Of a stretch of DNA of 43,569 nt, positions 1-9,448 are shown piece after piece. The translations under genes were made by a program, and so were the position numbers. This stretch comes from an uncultured bacterium. Lineage in GTDB: Bacteria > Acidobacteriota > Aminicenantia > Aminicenantales > Aminicenantaceae. The notes beneath the pieces are model-generated. The model saw only the letters and a list, made by a program, of their open reading frames with translations. It was not told the DNA's origin and did no database searches. The stretch covers positions 1 through 43,569 of the forward strand of contig CBFDBS010000001.1 of assembly GCA_965603105.1 (NCBI GenBank), given 5' to 3'. Position 1 is the stretch's first letter. Every line of letters begins with the position of its first letter.

Positions 1-131
1 GGTTGTTTGATTTTTTCTGACTATATATTTTGCAAGGACAAAAATCAAGGAAAAAAGAGGAATCCGCTGGTCAAGCTATTCGAAGGGTCCATATCACGCT
101 TTTATAAATGCTTGTTTCTTCGGGAAATGAT

Positions 132-160
132 TTGCTTGCAGGAAAAAATTGTGTTATAAG
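132..160 (+). promoter_or_regulatory. candidate sigma70-type promoter for mreB (-35 TTGCTT, 17-nt spacer, -10 TATAAG)
   Basis: Hexamers read directly at 132-137 and 155-160, about 25 nt upstream of the ATG at 185. Sequence pattern only. Confidence 0.3.
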
Positions 161-184
161 ACCTTTGGAAAGAAAAGGATAGAG

Positions 185-1216
185 ATGAGCATCGTCAGTT
201 GGCTGAAAGAAAGATTCTATTGTGATCTAGCCATCGATTTGGGTACTGCCAATACCCTAGTCTATTTAAAAGGAAAGGGGATCATTGTCCAGGAGCCCTC
301 TATTGTTGTTGTCAACACCCAAACAGGGAAAGTCGAAGCCGTCGGCAAAAGAGCGAAAGAGATGTTGGGCAAAACTCCAGCCAGTGTTATGGCTATCAAG
401 CCCATGCGGGATGGAGTTATCGCCGATTTTGAAATCGCCGAGAAGATGCTCGACTATTTCATCAAGAAAGCCACCAACAACAGGACTTTTGTCCTCAGGC
501 CGAGGATTGTTATCGGCATACCAACCGGTATTACTCAAGTGGAAAGACGGGCGGTCAAGGATGTCGCCTTAAGAGCGAAGGCATCCGAAGTGTATCTCGT
601 CGAGCAGCCCATGTCAGCTTCTGTGGGCGCCGAACTGCCGATCTCCGAGCCAACGGGCAACATGATTGTCGACATAGGTGGAGGGACGACCGATATCGCA
701 GTCATTTCACTCAGAGGAATTGTCTTCAATCATTCAATAAGGACAGCAGGCAATGAAATGGATGAAGCTCTCATCCAGTACATCAAGAAAAAATATAACC
801 TCCTCATTGGCGAGAAGAGTTCGGAACAGATCAAAATGCAGATAGGATCCGCTTATCCCCTCGATGAGCCTATGACCATGGAAATCAAAGGCCGAGATTT
901 GAGGGAAGGGATTCCTAAGACTATCGTGATCGACGACCAGGAAGTCAGGGAAGCGCTGGAAGATGTTGTCGCCTCGATCGTCAACGCTGTACGCATCGCT
1001 TTGGAAAAAACACCTCCTGAGTTGTCGGCCGATATTATCGACAGAGGCATCATCTTGACTGGAGGCGGATCTCTCCTTAAAAATATTGATAAGCGCCTAA
1101 GAGAGGAAACCCAGCTGCCTGTTTTTATCACTGAAGATCCCTTGACATCAGTGGTTTTAGGCGCTGGCAAAATGCTTGATGATTTGGAATTGTTGAAAAA
1201 GATATCCTTGATCTGA
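185..1216 (+). CDS. mreB: rod shape-determining actin-like protein MreB
   Basis: Actin/Hsp70-fold motifs DLGTANTLVY, IVDIGGGTTDIAV and LTGGGSLL. Internal ATG at 185 (MSIVSWLKERF...) gives the canonical MreB N-terminus; the ORF-track start at 149 adds 12 atypical residues. Confidence 0.95.
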   Translation: MSIVSWLKERFYCDLAIDLGTANTLVYLKGKGIIVQEPSIVVVNTQTGKVEAVGKRAKEMLGKTPASVMAIKPMRDGVIADFEIAEKMLDYFIKKATNNRTFVLRPRIVIGIPTGITQVERRAVKDVALRAKASEVYLVEQPMSASVGAELPISEPTGNMIVDIGGGTTDIAVISLRGIVFNHSIRTAGNEMDEALIQYIKKKYNLLIGEKSSEQIKMQIGSAYPLDEPMTMEIKGRDLREGIPKTIVIDDQEVREALEDVVASIVNAVRIALEKTPPELSADIIDRGIILTGGGSLLKNIDKRLREETQLPVFITEDPLTSVVLGAGKMLDDLELLKKISLI

Positions 1217-1231
1217 TCAATTGATTTATTC

Positions 1232-2065
1232 ATGCCCTCTTTTCTGAAAAAGAAAAAAAACACCGTTATCCTCATCTGTCTTGTTCTTTTTCAGCTGGTC
1301 TTGATATCTCTTCAAGTCCCGCTGGGGGCCGAAGCCAGCTTCTTTGAAAAAGCCGTTTTTTCTCTGTTTTCCCCTCTCCAAAACGGCGTGACAGCTGTGA
1401 TCCATGGAGTCGGGAAAGCATGGAAAGGGTATTTTGATCTCAGAAATGTGCACAGAGAGAACACAAAAATCAAACAGGAAATCTTTTTTTTACAGCTGGA
1501 AAACCGTCTTCTCAGAGGACTTTTGAACAAAGCGAACACGGAGCAGGAAATCCGGGACCTCCTCGAGCAGATCAGAGGCCGGATTGTTATTGCCCGGGTC
1601 ATAGAAATGGATATCGTCAATCCTTATAAGTCTGTCGTTATCAACCGTGGAGAGATGGATGGCATTGAGCAAGATATGATTGTCTTGGACCGCTTTGGAC
1701 AGCTGGTGGGCCGGATCATAAGTCCTGTGACCCCAAGAGAGGCCAAGCTGCAGTTGATAACGGATACCGACAGCGGCACAAGCGTGTTCAACCAAAGCAA
1801 AGTGCCGGGAGTAATCAACGGTTCCCAAGATGGATTGTGTGTTCTCAAATACATCGTCCAGACGGATCTGGGGATCGTCGAGGGGGATGTTTTGAGCACC
1901 TCCGGCTTCGACAAGCTTTATCCTCCTGGAATTCCAGTCGGTGAGGTGATATCCGTCACTCCAACCGAGGAGCTTTTCAAGCAGATTATAGTCAGGCCGT
2001 TTTTTCAAATCCGTCACCTCGACGCCTTAGCCGTTATCAAGCTGGATTCCCAGTCCGTTTTTTAG
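1232..2065 (+). CDS. mreC: rod shape-determining protein MreC
   Basis: 15 nt after mreB. Has an N-terminal membrane anchor (VILICLVLFQLVLISL), a coiled-coil segment and a beta-rich C-terminal domain (GIPVGEVISV). Lies between mreB and mreD. TAG stop. Confidence 0.85.
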   Translation: MPSFLKKKKNTVILICLVLFQLVLISLQVPLGAEASFFEKAVFSLFSPLQNGVTAVIHGVGKAWKGYFDLRNVHRENTKIKQEIFFLQLENRLLRGLLNKANTEQEIRDLLEQIRGRIVIARVIEMDIVNPYKSVVINRGEMDGIEQDMIVLDRFGQLVGRIISPVTPREAKLQLITDTDSGTSVFNQSKVPGVINGSQDGLCVLKYIVQTDLGIVEGDVLSTSGFDKLYPPGIPVGEVISVTPTEELFKQIIVRPFFQIRHLDALAVIKLDSQSVF

Positions 2066-2076
2066 GGTGAAATGAA

Positions 2077-2568
2077 TTGAAAGCTTTTTTGGAATCGGCC
2101 ATCGAAGTCATTGCCGTCGTTCTCCTATTTACCCTGTTTACGAAAATATCTAGTGGAGCAGCCCGTCTCTTGAATGTCTTCAATGTATTGGTTTTTTATT
2201 TTGGATATAAAAGGGGGGAGGTCCAGGGAGCAGTGATGGGGACCGTCTGCGGATTGATTCAAGATTCCTTTTCGATAGGAGTGTTCGGTATTTCGGGAAT
2301 CTCAAAAACCTTGATGGGGTATGCCACAGGATTCATTTCCAAACGGATCAATGTCACCACATTCAGCCGGCGCTTCGTGTTCATGCTTTTCATGTTTTCA
2401 GGGGAAATGATTGTCTGGATCGGGATTTATTCATTTGTCATAGCGGACAAAATTCACACGTCCAATGGTTTATTTTTCATTCAGCCCCTGAGCACCGCAC
2501 TGGTGGCTCTCCTTCTCTTTCCTCTTTTTCGGAAGCTGGAAAAAGCTGTTACACATCGAAGCCAATGA
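2077..2568 (+). CDS. mreD: rod shape-determining protein MreD
   Basis: Small polytopic membrane protein. TTG start preceded by AGGGTGA. Stop overlaps the mrdA start (ATGA). Call rests mainly on conserved position in the mreBCD operon. Confidence 0.7.
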   Translation: MKAFLESAIEVIAVVLLFTLFTKISSGAARLLNVFNVLVFYFGYKRGEVQGAVMGTVCGLIQDSFSIGVFGISGISKTLMGYATGFISKRINVTTFSRRFVFMLFMFSGEMIVWIGIYSFVIADKIHTSNGLFFIQPLSTALVALLLFPLFRKLEKAVTHRSQ

Positions 2569-4370
2569 ACAACGGCAGAATATATGAAGACCTTTCGCTC
2601 AACTTCAAAAGGGCTCAAAAGACAATCATTGTCATGGGGATCCTTTTTATCTTCCTTTTTTTGTTTTTTTGGAAAGTCCAGGTCCTCGATTTTCAGAAAT
2701 ACTGGCAAAGATCTGAAGCAAACCGGATAAGAGAAGTCATCCTCCCTCCCCAAAGGGGCTTGATAAAAGCCAGGGATGGAGAGATCCTGGCCAAAAATAT
2801 CGGCTCCTACACCGTGTCCATCGTCCGTGAGAACAGCAACAATCTTGAAGAATCGTATCCGAAAATAGCCGAACTTCTCAATTTAGATGAGGAAGAGTTG
2901 AGGATGAGAGTCAATGAATTCAAAACTCTGCCTCTTTTTCAACCCATCGTCATCAAAGATGAACTTTCACTGGAGGAAGTGTCCCAAATCGAGGCCAGGA
3001 AGGTGGATTTGCCCGAGCTTTACATTCAGGCTGAGCCCAAAAGGGAGTACCCGATGGGGAGTTTCGCCTCACATGTGTTGGGCTATCTCCAACAGATTTC
3101 CTTGGCCGAGCTGAAATCTGAAGAGTACAGCCACAGACGGGCCGGAACCCTGGTGGGAAAAACAGGAATTGAAAGACAGTACGAGAACCAGCTTCTGGGA
3201 ACAGAGGGAAGACTCCTGGAAGTTGTCGACAGCCTGGGAAGAGTCAGGGGCGAGATCAGCAGAACGCCTCCCATTAACGGCGAATCTGTCCAGTTGACGT
3301 TGGATTTGAAACTTCAAGAAAAAGCCGAAGAAATCCTGGAAGGAAGAGAGGGTGCGGTCATTGTCATGGATGCGAAGACGGGAGAGGTGTTGGCCATGGC
3401 CAGTTATCCCCGCTACGATCCCAACAGGTTTATCAACCGCTTCACACCGGAAGAGTGGACCAGCCTGAGGGACGATCCTGAATCTCCTTTAGACAATCGG
3501 GCCATAAGAGGACTTTATGCACCCGGGTCCGTCTTCAAGTTGACCATGGGGCTCACAGCCCTTCAAACCAGCGTTATTACCGCCAGTACTACCCACCTTT
3601 GTACAGGAAGTGTGATAATTTATAACCGGCCGCAAAGCTGCTGGTACCAGCCGGGGCATGGCAATGTCAATCTCTACAGCGCCATACAGCATTCCTGCAA
3701 TATTTTTTTCTATCAAATTGGAAAGCAGATGGATATCGACACCATCGCCTACTATGCGGACATGCTCGGATTCGGGAGGCTGACCGGTATCGACCTTCCC
3801 GGAGAGAATAAGGGTTTGTTTCCCGATAGGAAATGGAAGAGCCAGGCCAGAGGGGAGCCCTGGTATCCAGGCGAAACCATCAATATTTCTATCGGACAGG
3901 GGCAAATCCAGGCGACTCCACTTCAGGTCGCCGTCCACACGGCGGTCATCGCCAATAGAGGAAAAAAGATTACACCGGTCTTGAAGGGCCACATTGGGGA
4001 TGAGTCTGCCCAAAACCAGAGAAAAATAGATATGGAACCAGTGGCTATTGCTCCGGCTCACATTGAGAAAGTCATCAGGGGAGCATGGCTGGCCGTCAAC
4101 GAAGGGGGAACAGCGGCCGGTGCTCGAGTCCCCGGATTTGATGTCTGCGGCAAGACGGGTTCGACTCAGCTCATCAGCAGAGAACTTGCCAAAATATTGG
4201 CCCAGAGAAATATTATAACAAAAACACACTCCTGGTTTACGGGTTTTGCACCACTGCGGGACCCCCAAGTTGTGGTCACCGTCCTGATTGAATACGGAGG
4301 CGGCGGAGGGGAAACGGCGGCACCGCTTTCCAAGCTGCTGTTTGAACTGTACAGAGAGATTAATGATTGA
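2565..4370 (+). CDS. mrdA: penicillin-binding protein 2 (elongasome class B transpeptidase)
   Basis: N-terminal TM anchor and PBP dimerisation region. Transpeptidase motifs SxxK (GSVFK), SxN (SCN) and KTG (CGKTGST). Sits between mreD and rodA. Confidence 0.9.
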   Translation: MNNGRIYEDLSLNFKRAQKTIIVMGILFIFLFLFFWKVQVLDFQKYWQRSEANRIREVILPPQRGLIKARDGEILAKNIGSYTVSIVRENSNNLEESYPKIAELLNLDEEELRMRVNEFKTLPLFQPIVIKDELSLEEVSQIEARKVDLPELYIQAEPKREYPMGSFASHVLGYLQQISLAELKSEEYSHRRAGTLVGKTGIERQYENQLLGTEGRLLEVVDSLGRVRGEISRTPPINGESVQLTLDLKLQEKAEEILEGREGAVIVMDAKTGEVLAMASYPRYDPNRFINRFTPEEWTSLRDDPESPLDNRAIRGLYAPGSVFKLTMGLTALQTSVITASTTHLCTGSVIIYNRPQSCWYQPGHGNVNLYSAIQHSCNIFFYQIGKQMDIDTIAYYADMLGFGRLTGIDLPGENKGLFPDRKWKSQARGEPWYPGETINISIGQGQIQATPLQVAVHTAVIANRGKKITPVLKGHIGDESAQNQRKIDMEPVAIAPAHIEKVIRGAWLAVNEGGTAAGARVPGFDVCGKTGSTQLISRELAKILAQRNIITKTHSWFTGFAPLRDPQVVVTVLIEYGGGGGETAAPLSKLLFELYREIND

Positions 4371-5454
4371 TAGAACGCATGTCAGAAATATCGATTGGGT
4401 CTTGATCGGCCTGCTGCTGATCAATTCTCTCATCGGTGTAGCTGTTATTTATAGTGCCTCTCACTATCTTCCGGGCAACTATCATCTCAGACAGCTTTTC
4501 TGGATCGCCGTCAGCCTGGTTGCTTTTTTTGTCGTTCTTTCCATTGACTACAATACACTCGTAAACTATTCTTTACCCTTTTATGCTTTCTGTCTGGTTA
4601 TTCTTCTGAGTGTACTGTTGTTCGGGGTTTTTATTTCGGGAGCCAAGAGCTGGATCAGACTTCCCTTCATGCAGATCCAACCCTCGGAAATCACAAGAAT
4701 CGCCGTTCTGCTCGTTCTTGCTCAACTTTTCGCCCAGTTCAAGCGCACGAGCCTGACTTTGGGAGAAATCTTGATGAGCGGAACCGTTCTTTTTTTCCCG
4801 CTGTTGCTTATCGGACTTCAGCCCGACTTGGGAACAGCCTTGAGTTATATACCAATCCTTCTGGGAGCTTTGATACTGGCGGGAGTGACAAAAAGAATGG
4901 TGATTGTCTTTCTTCTCCTGGCCGTCGTACTCGGTTTTACAGGTTGGACTTTCGTCCTTAAAGATTACCAAAAGGACCGGCTGACCACCCTCGTTTCTCC
5001 TGGAAAAGATCCTCTCGGGTCGGGGTACCAGATCACACAATCGAAAATTGCCATCGGTTCCGGGGGCTTTATGGGGAAAGGCTACCGGAAGGGAACCCAG
5101 AGCCAACTGAGATTTCTGCCGGCACGTCATACAGATTTCATTTTTTCCGTCATTGGTGAGGAGTTGGGATTTTTGGGAGTGGCGGTCGTCCTCCTCTTTT
5201 ATTTTCTCTTCCTGTTCAGACTTTTTCAATCGGTTTTCAAATCGAGGGACAGGACCGGGGTGTACATCATCTTCATGGTGTCGATGTGGATCAGCTGTCA
5301 GTTTTTCATCAATGTGATGATGACCGTCGGCCTTTTTCCCATCGCGGGAATTCCTCTTCCTCTGCTCAGCTATGGAGGGTCTTCTCTCCTGACGAATTTC
5401 ATAGCGGTCTCTCTGGTCGTCAATGTCAAAATGAGAAGATTTGTCAACGTCTGA
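4363..5454 (+). CDS. rodA: SEDS-family peptidoglycan glycosyltransferase RodA
   Basis: Polytopic membrane protein with the SEDS C-terminal signature (GIPLPLLSYGGSSLL). ATG at 4363 overlaps the mrdA stop by 8 nt. The longer ORF-track start (4288) lies inside mrdA. Confidence 0.9.
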   Translation: MIDRTHVRNIDWVLIGLLLINSLIGVAVIYSASHYLPGNYHLRQLFWIAVSLVAFFVVLSIDYNTLVNYSLPFYAFCLVILLSVLLFGVFISGAKSWIRLPFMQIQPSEITRIAVLLVLAQLFAQFKRTSLTLGEILMSGTVLFFPLLLIGLQPDLGTALSYIPILLGALILAGVTKRMVIVFLLLAVVLGFTGWTFVLKDYQKDRLTTLVSPGKDPLGSGYQITQSKIAIGSGGFMGKGYRKGTQSQLRFLPARHTDFIFSVIGEELGFLGVAVVLLFYFLFLFRLFQSVFKSRDRTGVYIIFMVSMWISCQFFINVMMTVGLFPIAGIPLPLLSYGGSSLLTNFIAVSLVVNVKMRRFVNV

Positions 5455-5552
5455 ATGCGGCTTGCCTCATTTCTTCCTCGAATGGATAGTAAGGTTCGTA
5501 TCCCGTCGACTTCAGCTTGCCTCATTGAGGCAAAAGAGTTAAATTTGAAGAC

Positions 5553-8123
5553 ATGGAAATGCTGGGTGCTGCCGAGTTTGAAGACCTCTTGAAGCGGATT
5601 CAAAAACCGGGCCGATATAGTGGGGGAGAGTGGAACGTAATAAAAAAGGATCCGGAGAGCGTCGATGTCAAAGTGGTGCTCGCCTTTCCCGATCTTTACG
5701 AAATCGGCATGTCCTACCTGGGACAGAAAATTCTCTACTCGATTCTAAATGAGAGAGATTCCATCTTGGCCGAACGGGTATTTGCGCCCGCAGCCGATCT
5801 CGAAAGTCTCCTCCACGAACGGAAGCTGCCCCTGTTTTCTCTGGAAAACAGGATTCCTCTCTATCAGTTTGATGTGGTTGGTTTTTCCCTTCTGCATGAG
5901 CTCAATTTCTCTAATGTTCTGACCATCATCGATTTGGGACAGATTCCACTTTTGTCCAAGCGGAGAGGGGAAGAGCACCCTTTGGTGATCGGCGGAGGGC
6001 CGGCCGCATTCAATCCGGAACCCGTCACAGATTATTTTGATCTTTTCTTGATCGGAGAGGGAGAGGAAGCTGTCCTCGAAATTCTTGATGCCTATTCTGT
6101 TTTTAGAAAAGAAAGATTTCCCCGCCGGATCATTTTGGAAAAAATGGCCGGGATCCCTGGGGTGTATGTGCCGTCGTTGTATGAGTCCTATACATCCGAG
6201 TCTTCCTCTCTTCTTGCGGTAAAACCCATCGGCAAGGCTCCATCCCGCATAAAAAAAAGAGTGATTTACCCTTTTCATGAGACGCCCTTCCCGGAAAAAA
6301 TTGTCGTTCCTAACATCAGTGTTGTATTCGACAGAGTGGCCGTCGAAGTGGCCCGGGGCTGCCCTCAAAATTGCCGTTTCTGCCAGGCATCGAGCATCTA
6401 TTTTCCATCCCGGGTCAAAGATCCATCCTTCGTGGTCAAGACGGTCCTGAAAAGCCTGGAATCTACAGGGTATGAAGAGGCTTCTCTCCCTTCCCTTTCG
6501 ACCGGGGACTATCCCTATCTCAACGAAGCCGTTAAAGATTTGATGAGCGAGTTGGAAACCAATCGGATCTCCTTATCCCTTTCATCGCTGCGTCCAAAAG
6601 GTTTGACCGAAGCGGTGGCCGAGAATATCGTCAGAGTGAAAAAAACGGGCTTTACGATTGTTCCGGAAGCGGGGACCGAGAGGCTGCGTTGTGTTATCAA
6701 TAAGAACATAAAGGATGAGGATATTTGGAAAGCCGCATCCAATGCATTTTCCCAGGGATGGCAGCTCTTGAAGCTCTACTTCATGGTGGGGCTCCCTACT
6801 GAAAATGAAGATGATTTGTTGGGCATCGTCAGGATGGTTGAGGAAATCCTCCGTTTGGGACGGAAGAGCCTGTCCAGATCACCCCAAATTAACCTCAGCA
6901 TCTCTTCGTTCATTCCGAAGCCCCATACCCCTTTTCAATGGCTCAAAATGGAAAGTGCCCAGACTCTGGAGAGCAAACATTCTTTGATCCGCAGCGAGCT
7001 GAAAAAGTACCGGACGGTCCGTTTCAAAACCCAGCCTGTGAGTCGATCCATTCTCGAAGGAATCTTTTCCAGGGGAGACAGGCGTCTGAACGGGATCCTG
7101 TTCCGGGCATGGAAGCAGGGAGCCCGCTTCGATAACTGGAGTGATTCATTCGACATCGACATCTGGGAAAAAGCTTTCAAGGCTGAAAATATCGATCCCG
7201 CAGCCTATCTGTCTGAAATCCCCGAAGACACCGTTTTACCCTGGAGCCATCTTGATGTGGGAATCAAAACAAGCCACTTGAGGAGTGAAATGGAGAAGGC
7301 ACTGGAGGAGAAAACAACGGCCTCCTGTCTGGACAGGGATTGCCGACAATGCCAGGGATGCACTCTCTGGCCTCTTTACGAAAAGGAATTTTCAAGTGAG
7401 ATCTCCGTTCACCCTAGGCCAAGCTCAAAAATCGGGCAGAGGGCGGAAGCCCCGGTCCGCTACCGCGCCCATTATTCAAAACGGGGAGAAGCCCGGTATC
7501 TCTCTCATAACGATATAAACGGCATTATCCAAAGAGGATTCCGAAGAGGGAGAATTCCCGTTCAATTTTCTGAGGGATTTCACCCCATGATGGTTCTCTC
7601 CTATCTTCCCGCACTTCCTTTGGGCATGGAAGGGGAGGACGAAATTGTGGAGTTCAAGTCCCCCCATCTGTTCACTGAAAATGAATTCTTGTTATCTCTC
7701 GAAGATGTTTTTCCCGATGGAATCCTCTTCCACAAATTGGAGCAACTGGACAGTTCACGCAGAAAGCTGAACCAGGACATCGAATCTTTCAGCTATTCTT
7801 TACAGCTTGAGCCGGCAGATTGGGCAGAATTGGCACATTCTTTACTGGGAAAAGGGGGCGGTCTTGATGAAAATTCAAAACAACAGCTTGTCACCAAGCT
7901 GTTGGAGAGAGCCAGTGCCTTGCTGAAAATGGATCCGGTCAAACTGGTTTTTGAAAACGAGCGCAATCGGTTTTTCCTCCATATCCTCTACGATCCCAAA
8001 AAGCCCATTCGGCCCCAGAAAGTCGTAGAGGATGTCTTCGGGATGAAAAACCCGGTCTACAATATGTCTAGAGTTCAAGCGGTTTTCGGAGCCGCAAGAT
8101 TAGTCATTTCAAAGCCTCTTTAA
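5553..8123 (+). CDS. fused radical SAM protein (TIGR03960-like B12-binding/radical-SAM N-terminal part + TIGR03936/DUF2344-like C-terminal part)
   Basis: N-terminus has KPGRYSGGEWN. CxxxCxxC cluster motif is ARGCPQNCRFCQAS. C-terminal ~230 aa (RYRAHYSKRGEARYLSHNDINGIIQRGFRRGRIPVQFSEGFHP) matches my recollection of the DUF2344 family. Confidence 0.85.
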   Translation: MEMLGAAEFEDLLKRIQKPGRYSGGEWNVIKKDPESVDVKVVLAFPDLYEIGMSYLGQKILYSILNERDSILAERVFAPAADLESLLHERKLPLFSLENRIPLYQFDVVGFSLLHELNFSNVLTIIDLGQIPLLSKRRGEEHPLVIGGGPAAFNPEPVTDYFDLFLIGEGEEAVLEILDAYSVFRKERFPRRIILEKMAGIPGVYVPSLYESYTSESSSLLAVKPIGKAPSRIKKRVIYPFHETPFPEKIVVPNISVVFDRVAVEVARGCPQNCRFCQASSIYFPSRVKDPSFVVKTVLKSLESTGYEEASLPSLSTGDYPYLNEAVKDLMSELETNRISLSLSSLRPKGLTEAVAENIVRVKKTGFTIVPEAGTERLRCVINKNIKDEDIWKAASNAFSQGWQLLKLYFMVGLPTENEDDLLGIVRMVEEILRLGRKSLSRSPQINLSISSFIPKPHTPFQWLKMESAQTLESKHSLIRSELKKYRTVRFKTQPVSRSILEGIFSRGDRRLNGILFRAWKQGARFDNWSDSFDIDIWEKAFKAENIDPAAYLSEIPEDTVLPWSHLDVGIKTSHLRSEMEKALEEKTTASCLDRDCRQCQGCTLWPLYEKEFSSEISVHPRPSSKIGQRAEAPVRYRAHYSKRGEARYLSHNDINGIIQRGFRRGRIPVQFSEGFHPMMVLSYLPALPLGMEGEDEIVEFKSPHLFTENEFLLSLEDVFPDGILFHKLEQLDSSRRKLNQDIESFSYSLQLEPADWAELAHSLLGKGGGLDENSKQQLVTKLLERASALLKMDPVKLVFENERNRFFLHILYDPKKPIRPQKVVEDVFGMKNPVYNMSRVQAVFGAARLVISKPL

Positions 8124-8234
8124 GGGCCTCCTCCGCCCTGAGCACCCATTCAAAAGGTCCTTATCATGGCCGGGGGGAAATGAATTCAATCCTTCACTTT
8201 AAAGGGAGCCAGATTTTTTAAAGGGAATAAGAGC

Positions 8235-8263
8235 TTGACCTAGACATGTGTCCGTAATATTAT
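8235..8263 (+). promoter_or_regulatory. candidate sigma70 promoter for acyl-CoA dehydrogenase (-35 TTGACC, 17 nt, -10 TATTAT)
   Basis: Hexamers at 8235-8240 and 8258-8263. An AGGAGGAG Shine-Dalgarno sequence and a GTG start follow at 8297. Confidence 0.4.
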
Positions 8264-8296
8264 CAAACAATTAGACATTGAATTTAGGAGGAGAGA

Positions 8297-9448
8297 GTGA
8301 TTGATTTCAGTTTGTCCGAGGAACAAAAAGCCCTCCAGGCGATGGCTAGAGAGTTCGCCGAAAAAGAGATGAAACCCAATGCCGCAAAATATGATAAAGG
8401 GGACGAGTTCTCCGAGGATGTGATGCAAAAGGCCTTTGAAGCTGGATTTCTAACCTGCAATATCGAAGAGAAATATGGCGGAGGAGGATTGAGCGACCTG
8501 GATATCGTCATTATGAGCGAGGAGCTGGCCGCGGGGTGCGCCGGATTGTACACAACCATGATGGTCAACGCCCTGGCCTATACACCTATCAATCTCTTCG
8601 GTACCGATGAACAGAAGAGGAAATTCCTGACACCTCAAACTGAAAAGATGTCTTTTGCATCCTTTTGTCTCACAGAAAGAGAAGCGGGGTCGGATGCGAG
8701 TGCTCAGAAAACAAAAGCTGTCAAGGTCGGATCCGATTATGTGATCAACGGATCGAAATGTTTCATCTCCAATGGAGGAATAGCCAGCATGTACGTGGTT
8801 TTTGCCAATTCTGAACCGGGGAAAGGAGTCCGCGGGATCAGTGCTTTTGTCGTTCCCCGGGAGACACCTGGTATCATCATTGGCAAAGAAGAGGACAAGA
8901 TGGGCCACCGCGCCTCGAACACGGTTGAACTCTATTTTGAAGATGTCAAGATCCCTGAGGAGAACCTGCTGGCTAAAGAGGGCATGGGCTTTATCATCGC
9001 CATGAAGACGCTCGATAAAACGAGAGCACCGGTTGGTATTGCAGGCGTGGGTGTGGCCAGGGCTGCCCTCGAATATGCTGTTGATTATGCCCGGACCCGA
9101 GTCCAGTTTGGCAAACCCATCGCTCTCTTCCAGAATACAGGTTTCAAGATTGCCCAGATGGCGGCCGAGATCAATGCTGCCCGCTTTCTTGTCTGGAATG
9201 CTGCCTGGCGTCTCGATGAAGGTCTGCCGGCCGGGAAAGAATCAGCTATGGCCAAATTCTTCGGTTCCGATGTGGCCATGAAGGTGACCTCTGAAGCTCT
9301 CCAGATTTTGGGCGGCTACGGCTACATGAAGGATTACCCCATGGAGAAGCTGATGCGCGATGCCAAACTGCTGCAGATATACGAAGGGACGAACGAAATC
9401 CAGCGGATGATCATAGCCCGGGAGATCATCGGTCCCATAAAACAGTGA
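8297..9448 (+). CDS. acyl-CoA dehydrogenase (short/medium-chain type)
   Basis: Full-length ACAD pattern: FCLTEREAGSDA, catalytic-base region YEGTNEIQRMIIAREI, 383 aa. GTG start with a strong SD. Confidence 0.9.
   Translation: MIDFSLSEEQKALQAMAREFAEKEMKPNAAKYDKGDEFSEDVMQKAFEAGFLTCNIEEKYGGGGLSDLDIVIMSEELAAGCAGLYTTMMVNALAYTPINLFGTDEQKRKFLTPQTEKMSFASFCLTEREAGSDASAQKTKAVKVGSDYVINGSKCFISNGGIASMYVVFANSEPGKGVRGISAFVVPRETPGIIIGKEEDKMGHRASNTVELYFEDVKIPEENLLAKEGMGFIIAMKTLDKTRAPVGIAGVGVARAALEYAVDYARTRVQFGKPIALFQNTGFKIAQMAAEINAARFLVWNAAWRLDEGLPAGKESAMAKFFGSDVAMKVTSEALQILGGYGYMKDYPMEKLMRDAKLLQIYEGTNEIQRMIIAREIIGPIKQ

Noticed and set aside
149-184. N-terminal extensions suggested by the ORF track. Examples: mreB 149, rodA 4288, GT 14578, GT 15636, rmlD 23310, thioesterase 24818, rbfA 28044, S8 38393, bamD 40057, OPT 14071, miaB 34793.
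   Set aside because: The extensions overlap upstream genes or add atypical residues. Internal ATGs give canonical family N-termini, usually with an SD or a stop-start overlap.
3489-4433. Long antisense or shadow ORFs inside well-supported genes. Examples: 3489..4433 (314 aa, opposite mrdA), 4573..5229, 5745..6368, 12732..13271, 27015..27866, 29234..30013, 41645..42385.
   Set aside because: Each is fully embedded opposite a gene with strong family motifs. They have low-complexity or Arg/Ser/Pro-rich composition, no SD and no recognisable domains. These are typical frame shadows.
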